A stretch of DNA of 64,000 nucleotides, from NCBI GenBank assembly GCA_951406725.2, contig OX597817.1, positions 36,332,001 through 36,396,000 on the forward strand, read 5' to 3'. Source of the stretch: Octopus vulgaris (Eukaryota). The position numbers and the translations under genes are program-made. The notes under the pieces are model-generated. The model was not told the origin of the DNA and did no database searches. It worked only from the letters and a program-made list of their open reading frames with translations. Shown here one piece after another: positions 1 to 12,887 of this stretch; the stretch's first letter is position 1; each line of letters starts with the position of its first letter.

Positions 1-562
1 TGTTATTATTATTATTATTGACGTTGTTGTTGTTGGATCTTATTTTGTTTGTTAAAACGTGTTTTTGTGAATTCTATTGCGTTTTTGCATTGTGTGTTTT
101 TTCTCTCACGTAAGTTTCATTCGTTGTGTTTCATTTGATTTTTATATTTATCAAGGAATTGTAAAAAGAGTTTAAATGCTTTATGTCTTTTCTGTTTATT
201 ACTTTCGCATCAGAATTTCTTTTCAGCATGGTGACTGTAGTGATGATGGGAGATGTTTTATAAAAATAGTTGTAGGTACCTTTCCCTAAAGGGTATAGGA
301 AATGCAAACATCTTTTGTATTCGATATATTTGCCAAAATAACATTAAAACTAATAAATTCGACAATAACACGAATATGGACACTCTAAACGCAAGTGAAA
401 CCAACATGTACCAAAATGAGCCAATGATTACACGCTATCATTCAATCGATTTGTTAGAAATAGCAGCCAAATCTTTCTCAAATCCCGTTCTAGAAAGAAA
501 GGAAAATTAATTAACGTGATTTTATATACATTGTATGAAAAACAAAATATAGAATTGTTACG

Positions 563-678
563 AGCGTAGGAGTGGCTGTGTGGTAAGTAGCTTGCTTACG
601 AACCACATGGTTCCGGGTTCAGTCCCACTGCGTGGCACGTCGGGCAAGTGTCTTCTACTATAGCCTCAGGCCGAGCAA
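563..678 (+). mobile_element. tRNA-derived SINE family A, 5' part
   Basis: A-box-like TGGCTGTGTGGTAA and B-box-like GGGTTCAGTCCC; matches full copies at 34152-34580 and 61606-62009. Confidence 0.85.
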
Positions 679-1375
679 GAGAGAAAAACGAATACAACTG
701 AAAAAGATATTTCTTGAGAAGTTGGTCAAAAATTTTGCAATTAAGGGAATCTTTCATAGACAGGCGATTTAAATTGTCACCGCAGGGAAACTTCTAAAAC
801 ATCATTAGAGACCAAAGGTACCATCATTACACTCCAAAAGTGTCATGCGTCGAAGTAGAGATATAGATACGGCATCAAATACGGCATCGCTGGGATTTTG
901 AAAAGTAAAATCCGGAGTATGGGTCACACAAGCAATAAATTCAGAAAAAGTAGAAGATTCCTGAGCAAATATAGCTAAATTCGATATTTTCTTTCAACCT
1001 TTCCTTCGTGACTTACGTTCTATTCAAATGACAATATCGAACTCTTCGAAGAGCTGGCAATGAGCAGAAAATTAGAAACTGGTTAGGAGTAAGCATAATA
1101 TCTCCTCCATAAAGCGAAAAAAGACAAGGCCTTAAAAACGATAAGACGTTTAGAAGGAGATAAAGAAAGGATATTTTGTGCCGATTAATCAAAAATATTT
1201 AATCTACAATTCGCAACATGCAAAATACCAAACTCCGGGTAATAGTCGGCCACTTTTGCTCTCTCTCTGACATCACAGTTAGGAATAGTGCTTCGTTTGG
1301 ATAAATTTTTCCTGATACTTAAAAGCATAGTATTTTCTTGCGTCTTCTCGAATAGGATAGCTGGATAGCACTATT

Positions 1376-1668
1376 CATCATCATCATTGTTCGACCGTGG
1401 TCGAGACAATGGAATTTACTATGTTACGCCAGACTTCACGGTCCATTATAGCATTACGGAGGTCCTGTTGCTGGATGCCTGTATCCCTGGAGATTACATC
1501 AGGGTAGGAGAGTGTGCGCCCTCTGGTACTGCGAGTAGATGGCTTCCAGAGGAGAAGAGTAGAAATTACTTCTTTTTCAGCTCTACAACAATGTCCAGCA
1601 AACTGGACTCTCCTACCTTTCACAAGAGATGACACAGGTGGTAGTTTCCCATATATTTGCATTTTGGT
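1376..1668 (-). mobile_element. 5'-truncated RTE-type LINE 3' end with 14-bp TSD
   Basis: ORF tail QIYGKLPP..RRVQFAGHC.R..MDREVWR ends in a (TGA)n tail; flanked by TGGATAGCACTATT at 1362-1375 and 1669-1682. Confidence 0.85.
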
Positions 1669-4204
1669 TGGATAGCACTATTAGAGGGAAACATCTCCAT
1701 TGATTACAACTGTTGATACGTTGAAATGTATTTCTGCTGTGAAATGTGTTCTCGCATGTATTGCTCTAGCTAAAAGAAAGTAGACTCAACTGAGATTAGA
1801 AACCGAGTAACTTTCTAAATGATCATGTCATGCCTTTCATATACACTAATAATAACAATAGTTTATTAAACATATCGTATGTCAACATACACTAATACTG
1901 CAAAGGTAATTTAGGAAGATAGGAAAAAGAAAGAAAGCGTCCAATTGCTGTTTACTGTCTAGTCTTGGTTCCTCTTTTTAGTAAGCAATTATATAAAATA
2001 TTATATATAAACAACCGAAAAATTTTTAGTAATCGCAAATTTAGTTTCTGATCAAATAACCACAATCCCCATTGTATATTTTATCAGAAGTATGAATAAA
2101 CATGATATTACTGGGTTGCAAGCCGATTTTTTTGTCATATTCAAAACATCAGAAGGTCATCTGGGAAATTAACAGATGAAAATATTCGATGAGATTTGGT
2201 ACTGTTTACAATGGCGAAGTTAGCTGAGACAAATTTGTTTCCTGATACAATCGTTTAGTGAGATAAAGTAAACATAAGTAACTTAAAAATCAAACAAAAA
2301 GCATTAATAAATTTTAAAATGTCTGTCAATATTATTGTTAGGAGTGTACATTTGAGAGAGTATAAAACTTGCTATCTAAATTTAAATTTCAAATTTAATG
2401 ACGAGATGTTTTAGATAAGGAATAGCTTAAATGTAACTGTTATATATTCTAATACCGATATGGTTTGTGAACTGACAATAATCTAAAAGACAGGGCGACC
2501 AAACGAGGGATTATCGGTGAAAATTCAGTTACGTTCATAGTAGAGTCATGCTGGTGGTATTTAACAAGCATTAGTTGTATTATCTTAGCTCTAAGCAAGT
2601 AAAGCTAAATAAAAAAAATATGCGTCAGGTGTATTGTTAAGTTGCAGTAGCTAACTTGAGTTCAAGTCCGTCTGAGAAGAAAGCGAAGAAAACACATTCT
2701 TGTGCATTCTGCCTTTGAATTGCAACACAAAAAACTTCCTTCCCACACCAAAACTCTTAAAGTATTTCTATAACTGTCATTAAATCTACAAATAATATCA
2801 AAATATGTACCGACTACTTATTGTAGTACGTTTTTCGTCAATGGTTTGCAGAATCAGTTGAAGTATTACTTTCAGTCAACTGACAAAATATAATCAATGC
2901 GAAACATATTATCTAACACTTACTGCAGCTGAAACGTTAAACAGAAATCAGGACAATCTAAAACGCATCCGACCTGTTGTGGGTAACTGATTTCATAGTT
3001 CGATGCGAAAAATATACTGATCACAACATAATGAACCGGTATCAAAATCAAGCAATATATGTTTCTTTTTTGAGTGACCAAAGGTATCGTATTCTACTTT
3101 GCCAGAAATGAAGAAGCCCCTACGTGGTCACCCGACCTGTTAGTAATAGCTATGAACGATTCCTCGAATCTCAAAGAACCATCTTATTAAACAATGTAAC
3201 CCGTGGTGTGTATAAAAAATGAGTAGGTCAAGTCTACAGCGCCTGACTCCATGCTTGCTCGATGATGACTAACCTAGGGCTAAACATCGCTACTTTCAAT
3301 CTGCTGGAAAATTTACATTTACTCGTTAGTATTGGCTAATATTGAGGATAATAGTTTTGTTTTGGTTAGACTCTATAACATTCCCGAGTAAATGATATGA
3401 AGCTGATTGGTTTGACACTGCTGTATTACTGGTATGATTTCATAAACTTCAAAATATGAGACACTGGAATAGATTTTATAAAACACCATTTGTACCTCAC
3501 TACCGTTTATGTTTGTTCAGTAATGTTATATAACAAAATATTGATTCTTTCAAATGGTTGTCATTATTCCAACCCCTGCAGGCATCTTTATACATTAATG
3601 AAGAACGATGAGTCGCAATATTTATCAGTTGTTCAGCAACAAATTGAACGAAGTATTTTAGCAATAACTGAAAATACAGTGGAATTGCAATTGATTATTA
3701 ATATACTTTTAAGAAAGTTTGTTTTCTCCTGATATTACAATGTGGTTATAGAATTCAGTTATAAGGACGTTTATGGTTTAAACCATAGCAGAAAAATGTG
3801 AAGAAGACAGACACCTCACATATTTCTTCCGTTATTTATACTGCTTACCTCTCTCATTCTATGGTACTTATTTGCTCCTAGGTGAACTGAAGTATTAGCC
3901 TTATTGTATTCAGTTAGGTATGACACTAGGAGGTGATTAAAACAAACAAACGAATTATAATCATTAGTAGATCGAGTTATACAGTTTCAACAAGTAAAAA
4001 CAATCAAGACCAAAGTGCAGTTTCAGTTTAGCAAGAGCTCATCTCCTATTATTTTGTGTATTAACTCTCTCAGTCATTATATATTTTCTTCTTAATCATT
4101 TTAAGAGATTGAAATTAATGCACGACTATGGTTTTGTTGCAGTATAAATTCTGAAATTTGCGGTTGACAAAATAATAAAGGAATAGCAAATACATTAGGT
4201 AATA

Positions 4205-4610
4205 ATTTCTTTATTGCCCACAGGGGGCTAAACATAGTGGGGACAAACAAGGGATTAAGACGATTACATCACCCCCGCTACATAACTTGTACTTATTTAA
4301 TCGACCCCTAAAGGACGATAGGCAAAGTCGACATCGGTGGAATTTGAAATCAGAACGTAACGGCAGACGAAATACCTATTTCTTTACTACCCACAAGGGG
4401 CTAAACACAGAGGGGACGAACAAGGACAAACAAACGGATTAAGTCGATTATATCGACCACAGTGCGTAACTGGTACTTATTTAATCGACCCCGAAAGGAT
4501 GAAAGGCAAAGTCGACCTCGGCGGAATTTGAACTCAGAACGTAAAGACAGACGAAATACTGCTAAGCATTTCGCCCAGCGTGCTTAATGTTTCTACCAGC
4601 TCGCCGTCTT
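4205..4610 (-). mobile_element. SINE family B (Nin-like domain), dimeric copy
   Basis: tRNA-like head GGCGAGCTGGTAGAAAC..GAGTTCAAATTCC and central GCCTTTCATCCTTTCGGGGTCG..AAGTACC; two tandem units. Confidence 0.85.
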
Positions 4611-5181
4611 GCATTTAAGGTAATACTATTATCTTATATTCTTACCACTTGATAGCAGAAATGGTACAGCGTTTAGTATTTTCGGTATTCTATAATAATG
4701 TTGCTTTCAAAGTGGCGAAGCAAGAATGGTAAACCACCAGAAAAATATTAAGTATATTTTGTTCAATATTTTACCCTGTCACTCAATATCCTGAATACAA
4801 AAACCAGTGGTGTTGTTGACTTTGTCTTTTAACTCCAGAGTCGACTAAATATACTTACGAATGAATAGACTTAGTTTTCCTTTTATATTCTGGGTTAAAA
4901 TTCTACTGGTAAAAGAGTAGTTTTATCTCCTAGACTAGATTCATTTTATCTTCCCCTGGAGTCGATAAAATGTATCTAGTCTACAGGCTTCCCTACAACT
5001 ACAATGAAGTAAGAAATCGCTATCGGTAGTTGTGATAAATGTTTTATGGCTACTGCAACTATTGTTGCTGTTCTATGGTATATTCGTTCTTTTCTTTTCT
5101 CTGCTGGTTGTCTCCAATGTGTTAAGTGTGTTGTCTTATTTTGTTGGATGATGATTAGGTTTCGCGCACATTATGCTATGT

Positions 5182-5539
5182 GGAGGCGCAATGGCCCAGT
5201 GGTTAGGGCAGCGAACTCGCGGTCGAAGGATCGACCCCGAAAGAATGAATGGCAAAGTCGACCTCGGCGGAATTTGGACTCAGAACGTAACGGCAGACGA
5301 AATACCTATTTCTTTACTACCCACAAGAGGCCAAACACAGAGGGGAAAAACAAGGACAGACAAACGGATTAAGTCGATTACATCGACCCCAGTGCGTAAA
5401 TGATACTTAATTTATCGACCCCGAAAGGATGAAAGGCGAAGTCGACCTCGGCGGAATTTGAACCCAGAACGTAACGGTAGACGAAATACGGCTACGCATT
5501 TCGCTCGGCGTGCTAACGATTCTTCCAGCTCGTCGCCTT
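5182..5539. mobile_element. SINE head (+, 5182-5232) fused to a family B SINE (-, about 1.5 units)
   Basis: GGAGGCGCAATGGCCCAGTGGTTAGGGCAGCG head resembles the head of the SINE at 47911-48170; the rest matches family B. Confidence 0.75.
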
Positions 5540-5648
5540 CGCAAGTGACTATATTAAAACACAATTATTTATAACAAATTAAAACTCATAAAGACGCAAA
5601 AAACAATGTAGATACAAGGGTACACAAAACTTTACTATTAGCAATATA

Positions 5649-6045
5649 TCTTTATATATAGAAGTAAGGTTTTGTGCCTGTCTCCTACGATTTAGATTCC
5701 TAACTACTCCCACATTTTGCGGTGCAGTTTAACCAAAACCGGGTATCTTATAGTCGTGATTCATATCGAACCCTTCTGGGTATTAGCGCGCGTCTACGAT
5801 GAGTCTACGATTTAAAAAAAAAATTACCATAATTTTTTTCCATTTTAATGCATTTTTTCGCTATTATATAAGGGAAGTAACTCTCTAAAAATGTCTACGA
5901 TGAGTCAACGATTTAAAAAAAAATTTACCATCATTTTTTTTCCATTTTTAAAGCATTTTTTGCTATTTTTTGGCTATAACTCTCTAAAAATGCTTATATA
6001 GTTATTTCCCTTACAAACCCGAGCAACGCCGGGCGATACTGCTTG
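5649..6045 (+). mobile_element. Non-autonomous Helitron
   Basis: 5' A|TCTTTATATATA; 3' hairpin CCCGAGCAACGCCGGG followed by CTTG|T (decayed CTAG); internal duplication of about 100 bp. Confidence 0.75.
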
Positions 6046-6994
6046 TATATTACATGAATATCATGCTACATCGCTTGCGATCTTTGGTGCCGTTAAAATT
6101 GAAATATAAATTCACATAAATATGTAGAAATATAGAATTGTTACTCCTGAGTTCATATTCAATATACATAAGCACTCAAGTTTCGCATAGCAGCTTTGCA
6201 AATTCGTTTCATGCCTCCAAAAAATAAAAGAGAAGCTTTTGTTATTACGTTGCTACATGCAACAATGAATGAGATTCAGAACGAAGCTGTGTCAGCAAGA
6301 AAACATTTGTGTAACTGTTTTTCTACATACACCAAATATTCGATTAAGATCTGCTTAATTGAATTAAATGTCAAATTATTTTCGCTGACAAAATCTTCAC
6401 TACAATAAAACTTTTCAAATTCATCATTTTGTATGACCCATTTTCCTTGGTTTATCTTGTTCAAGAACTCTTTAGTTTTACCTTTCTAAGTGGAATTGGT
6501 TATTTTCTTTTCTCACAGTGACATTATAAAGTTAATCAAGCGTCTCAAATATGTCTGGCAAATAACATAATTTGCAAAACCAATGTTCATCAGGAAAGAT
6601 TACTGCAAAATAGAGTTTTTCCTAATAAAAAAAAAACATTGCTTCTTTATATTCATTTTTTACTATTATTTTATTTTTCTAGTCGTCTAAATTCTGATCC
6701 TTTTAATCAGCGTTCAAACTTCTGAATTTGCTGAACTCAAATATCGTAACCCAGTAAAGATTTATAAATACTTAGCTATTCAGTGCTTGTCTGTAATTAA
6801 GTTGATAATTTTAACTGCACTTTTATATTAGAGAACCTAATCAAAATGAACTTTTTTAGGTGCAAATACCTCTCGATTATGCATTGAGTAATCATGAAGA
6901 AAGTATGTGTTGTATGGGTTATATTATTGTGTGATAATTGTAAAGAGTATCTGTTGTATGGGTTGTGTCAAGGTTTTGGGTGTTTCTTGCTTAG

Positions 6995-7231
6995 AAGTCG
7001 GCGAGCTGGCAGAAACGTTAGCACGCTGGGCGAAATGCTTTGCGGTATTTCGTCTACCGTTACGTTCTGAGTTCAATTTCCGCCGAGGTCGACTTTGCCT
7101 TTCATCCTTTCGGGGTCGATTAAATAAGTACCAGTTACGCAGTGGGGTCGATATTATCGACTTAATCCATTTGTCTGTCCTTGTTTGCCCTCTCTGTGTT
7201 TAGCCCCTTGTGGATAGTAAAGAAATAGGTA
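6995..7231 (+). mobile_element. SINE family B monomer with 19-bp TSD
   Basis: TTGGGTGTTTCTTGCTTAG at 6976-6994 and 7232-7250. Confidence 0.9.
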
Positions 7232-7821
7232 TTGGGTGTTTCTTGCTTAGTTAATGTGTTGTGTGGATTCTGTTATTGGGCGATCGTGTTATATATATTG
7301 TGATTTTTTGTGGTGACTGTGGACAAGATGTGCTGGTTGTGCTTAGAATTATGGTTGTGTGGATTAAGAATTTTAATGTTACTGGAAACTTTATACATTA
7401 TAATTTTATCTGCAACTCTTTGAGCAGTTCGTTACAGAACAATATATAATTGACAAAGCGCGTGAGCAGACCTATTTTATTCAATATTTGACATCAAGAT
7501 TTATTGATTATCATTACGAAAGCCAGAAAGCCACTTGAAATGATAATTGTTACCACGAAAGTATTGACAGTTGAGTGGTGTCAGAAGGTCTCAGTTCAAT
7601 TCTTAGCAAATTGAGATCGTCTCAATACTATTAACTTTACGCAAAAACGAGTCCTTCAAGCATGCATTCATATCAATGCGTTATTCGAATTCATACTTTG
7701 TTGTAGAACGTCTTGCTTTTAACGTTAAAGTATGTGAGGTACTCCATCAAAGTTATAGCTGTATAGAAACACAATTTTTTTTAGTTTTACAGATTATATT
7801 TCTCGTAGAAAGAATCAATAC

Positions 7822-8032
7822 TTTTTTGACTGTTTTTCGATCAAGCACGTCGATAATTGCCTCACTCAGAGAACCAACAATATCATTAATATATCGGGTT
7901 AGTAACATCTGACGGATGCAATAGTCCGGCAATATAATCATATTTTCATTCGATACAACTACGATAATAAACGGAAATTTAACTTTGCTTTTAATCTTGC
8001 CATCAGAATACACTATTTGTCGCTCCATTCGC
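7822..8032 (-). CDS. Candidate internal exon of an unknown gene (RMERQIVYSDGKIK..DVLDRKTVKK)
   Basis: Strong acceptor ttttctgtttcatacag, 70 open non-repetitive codons, possible donor AAA|gtattg; no recognised homology. Confidence 0.25.
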
Positions 8033-8591
8033 CTGTATGAAACAGAAAATCAACCCCCCCTCTTTCTCACGGAAGCAGTTTTAACGATAGCAGGAATGCT
8101 AGCGACGGAAGCACTATTAGTTTAAAATTAGCAATCTGTATATATACTTAAAGTGTGTATATTTTGAAAGCTTTCTAATCTGCGGTATAGACAGTGTTAA
8201 AAACACAGAAAAATATCAGTACTTCAAGTATGTATAGAGTCCACTAATTTTGAAATGATGTTGCTTCCGTCACCACAAGTATTTAATTTCTGTTATGTCT
8301 GCCGTTTAAATGCGACACTAGTGACCTTTCAATCATTGTTTATCTATATCAGTTAGCAGCCGAGGTTTGTTTGACATAACGTGGTGTTGAAATTTCCTGC
8401 TGATGAACATACCAAGCAATAATCTAACTTCTGCAAGTTCACCACCAATAATGAATGGATCTGCTTCTGATATTTTTTTGTGTCTTAAAACTATTATGTC
8501 TATAACAAATACATTCACAAGACGAAAAGTTTAGAAGGCTTCCGACATATACTCACTTTAAGTATGTATGCAGATCGCTATGTTTGAAACA

Positions 8592-8593
<2 letters not shown>

Positions 8594-8622
<29 letters not shown>

Positions 8623-8732
8623 TGTATGCATGTATGTATGTATGTATGTATGTATGTATGCATGTATGTATGTATGTATGTATGTATGTATGTATGTATG
8701 TATGTATGTATGTATGTATGTATGTATGTATG

Positions 8733-8774
<42 letters not shown>

Positions 8775-8778
8775 GCTA

Positions 8779-8844
<66 letters not shown>

Positions 8845-8920
8845 TGTATATATATATGTATATATATTTATGTATATACATACATATATACATACGTACA
8901 TATATGTAGATGTGTTTATA

Positions 8921-8966
<46 letters not shown>

Positions 8967-9180
8967 TTGACTGCGTAGCTGTGTGTGGGTCTATCTATCT
9001 ATCTGCTTGTATACCTACCTATCTACATACCTACCTACCTACCTACCTACCTACCTACCTACCTACTTACCTACCTACCTACCTACCTACCTACCTACCT
9101 ACCTACCTACCTACCTACCTACCTACCTACCTACCTATATACATACATACATACATACATGCATATATACATACCTACCT
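8594..9180. repeat. Compound microsatellite (TATG)n/(TATC)n/(TC)n/(TA)n/(TACC)n
   Basis: Directly visible. Confidence 0.97.
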
Positions 9181-9215
9181 ACTAACATACTCATATGCAT
9201 ATATACATACCATAC

Positions 9216-9350
9216 CTGTATAATCATACCGAAACTCTTATTTAGTCGACAACTGATGAGGGGTTAATTTTGCCTGCATTCGTTGCTTGTGTGGTTTACG
9301 GGTTTTCAGTTATATTTGATTTTCGTCCTGTTTGCCATATTTTCTTATAT
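9216..9350 (+). mobile_element. Penelope-like pseudo-LTR fragment with permuted hammerhead core elements
   Basis: CC-GAAA (9231) lies upstream of GACAA-CTGATGA-GGGG (9253); T-rich 3' segment ends at TA-rich DNA. Confidence 0.45.
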
Positions 9351-9396
9351 ATATCTTCCTAGCTACCAATATATAAATACACATGCACACACATGT

Positions 9397-9443
<47 letters not shown>

Positions 9444-9649
9444 AACACATGCACACGCATGTATGTATGTATAAGATGACATCAAACCAAGATACAATAT
9501 GTTGAATGCTTTTAATACGTACGTTTCAGGTAATTGCTTAATAAATAAAATGGAATTTTCAGGTCCTACGCAAAATCTTTCTCAGTTAATTCTTCTGAAC
9601 ATATACATATACATATATCCTGAAATTATTAAAATAAATATGGAAACTG

Positions 9650-10230
9650 AGATATATCGACTGAGGAGACATCAAAGATAATATTCTTGGGATATATGCA
9701 ATCAGAAAACACAAGACGTAAAAGTAGTTTCGCATAGCCAGCAACAATTTTGAAGTAAAAACAAAAAATAAAAGTCTAACACAAATAATATCAAGACCAG
9801 AAAAAGGTGATTAAAGTGTTATGTATGCTACGCTCTAGTCTATAAAGCTGATACATAGATATTAACAAAAATATTATGAAATATATAAGAAGCGTCTATG
9901 ATGTGGGCATACAAATGACGTTTGAGAATATCATGATCAGAATACAAAACCAATGATAAAGTATTAAAATAGCAAAAACTGAGAACATTTTATTAGGCAG
10001 TGTCAAAGAGAGAAGTCAAAGTATTTTGGACACGCAATTAGAAAAAAAATATATTATGTCGACCATTTATAAAGAAGAAACTGGATGAGAAATGTTGTAG
10101 CGAAAACTAAAGAATTTAACGGTAGATAATAAAGTTGGCATATGTAAAGGACAGTGAATTTAAAAGGACAGCACAAGAAATCAAGAAATATGGAGATGGC
10201 GATCCAGCTCATTGAACCTACTGAAAACGA
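9650..10230 (+). mobile_element. Highly decayed RTE-type LINE, 3' region
   Basis: Frameshifted motifs TRKR.LKCYV..LVY, MW.Y..LRIS..KTND.VL, YFGH.IR. Confidence 0.65.
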
Positions 10231-10244
10231 AAGCAGACTATACT

Positions 10245-10301
<57 letters not shown>

Positions 10302-10364
10302 ATATGTGCATTTACATACATTTATATATATCCAAATTTATATATATTTTATGATTTCGCTTAG

Positions 10365-10437
10365 GCATAGCGATATTAATAACCAGTTGTTAGAAGAGCT
10401 CAAGATATTTTATGCTTTGGAGAAAAGCTTCATTCAG
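10365..10437 (+). CDS. Candidate host exon (HSDINNQLLEELKIFYALEKSFIQ)
   Basis: Acceptor tttcgcttag, consensus donor CAG|gtgagt, open frame (phase 2 to 0). Confidence 0.4.
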
Positions 10438-10520
10438 GTGAGTACTGAGCGTAATATGCGGCTTCATAACCACTTTCATTAGTATATTTAGCCTTGTTAT
10501 TTTGTCGTTTATAATTCAAA

Positions 10521-10563
<43 letters not shown>

Positions 10564-11134
10564 TGTGTGTATGTGCATGTGTGTGCGTATGTATACGTTT
10601 GTGCTTATATATCCATCCATAGTATAAGCGTATGTGTATATATATATAAATATATCTACAGATATACATACAAGTACATGTGTGCATATGTTTTATGTAA
10701 CACAAAGACACATACACACACGTACCTCCGTCATCTCTTCCACAATGCTCTCCTAATTTCTATAATCAATAACAGTTTTCTGTTTTCTTTATACCCTTGA
10801 TGTCGAAATTGAATCCACTTTATCGTAAACAATACATTTTTCCTTGTTGATCATTCGTCTCGCACAAACAGAGAGCGTATTTCATCAAGGAGAGTACTGA
10901 CTTAGCTATTTCTCGATTAATACTGAATAAAACTATGTTGGTATATAATTCGAATATCTTTCAGTTACATCTATATTCTTCTATGATCATGTTTTTGGTG
11001 AAGTATCATACAAGAATTAGTCATAAATGTCTCCAAACAAAAAGAACATCATTCGCAGTTTTTCTTTCTCTCTGTCACAAACCTGTATATATGTACATAC
11101 ATAACATACGCGTATATAAATAAAAACACTAACT

Positions 11135-11205
<71 letters not shown>

Positions 11206-11598
11206 TATATTCAGTCAAAAGAAACACTAAAGGTTATAGAATTTCTTTGGTCTTACGAAAATGAAATCAGTCTGAAGGATCAATCATTTGGGAGCGAGGT
11301 AAAAAGCAGTGTCTGGCATGTATTGGAGGTCAAATGCCTAACCTTATAGCAAACAGTAAAATGACAGAGGAGAAACGGAATATATGAAAGAAAGTATAAA
11401 GATTTCTCTGAAAGAATATCATTCTATTCAGATGTGAAAAATGATGTCGAATTTCTATTTATCAGATGACACATATGGCTTTGATAACGAAATAAACCCG
11501 TATAACAGATACATACGTAAATACATATATGTATCGGTATAATTATATTCACACACACAAACACACATATACAAATGTATGTATATTCATATATATAG

Positions 11599-11658
<60 letters not shown>

Positions 11659-11704
11659 TTGTGTATACATGTGTATATCTATATGTACATGTATATGCAT
11701 GTAC

Positions 11705-11736
<32 letters not shown>

Positions 11737-12070
11737 GTATGCGTGTGTGTACATATAGAATGATAGATAGATAGATACGCGGATATATATATATCTTTAT
11801 ACTCATAGACACGAACACGTACAAATATAAACAGATCTATGTATATTTGTATCTTCATGTAGTCCTATACATGTTTTATTTACCAGCACCCATGTATTTC
11901 AGATTATCTATGTATATATATACACGTATATGTGTGTTTTAGTTTGTATTTATAAACGTATACACACGCTCACACACACACACACACACTCACATATGTA
12001 TGTGTATATATGAGTATATATTCACATATGTATGTGTATATATGAGTATATGTACGTATGAATATATATG

Positions 12071-12103
<33 letters not shown>

Positions 12104-12707
12104 GAATGTATGAATATATGCATGTATTTATATGTCTGAATGCATGTATGTATGTATAGTTAAGAGTTAGACAGAACAGCGATAAAATATATTTCTCACT
12201 GCACTGTAAATGTGTGTGCGTATGTGTGTATATGAGCGCATGCGCATCTCTATTTATACGCGTCATGACTTTTGTGTGAATTTCAGCTGCTTTAAAAATG
12301 AGAAGCTTTCAAAAACACATCTCGGGAGAAGAAAAGAAACGTCACAAAAAGGCGAACTAAAATCTTAGGTGTGTTCTCAAATGCAATGAATTCTTTGAAC
12401 GTGAGGAAATTTGCGGAGGATATTCGTTGTGAATAGATCCCTTTAGAGTTGCAAAGATCACAAGAATGGCGCTTCTAGTTATTTCGCTGACGTTGCTGCC
12501 TTCGAGGTTATTCATTCGTGGCTAAACTGAATATCAATCAGAAGGATGAGAAACAAAAGGCACCAAAAAGAAAAATGATTGAAGAAATACCGCAACAAGT
12601 AACAGCAACAGAATAGCTTCTTTTGACAGCTTTTCAGAAGAATGACATAACACATTATAGCCCTACATACATACATACATACATACATACATACATACAT
12701 ACATACA

Positions 12708-12743
<36 letters not shown>

Positions 12744-12849
12744 TACCGGAGTAAACACATAAATGTGAAACAAGGTGGAAAAAAGAGTACTCAAATATCA
12801 GTGGTAGAGTAATATGGTTTATTTTAAGCAGCAGAAAATTCAACAAAAT

Positions 12850-12887
12850 CTGTTACTCTGAGTTTCTCGTTGCCGTTCATCAGACAG
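12850..12887 (-). ncRNA. Minimal type I hammerhead ribozyme (pseudo-LTR)
   Basis: Reverse complement of the motif at 14373-14410. Confidence 0.75.

Noticed and set aside
563-640. tRNA genes at SINE heads
   Set aside because: A/B boxes are present but there is no complete cloverleaf, and they continue into SINE bodies
8568-9267. Long ORFs made of YVCM, IYIY, LSIY, PTYL, poly-L/Y/I (here and throughout the window)
   Set aside because: Stop-free translations of microsatellites
11455-11510. Hammerhead-like CAGATGA..GAAA..TA
   Set aside because: Core is mutated and stems I/II do not pair convincingly
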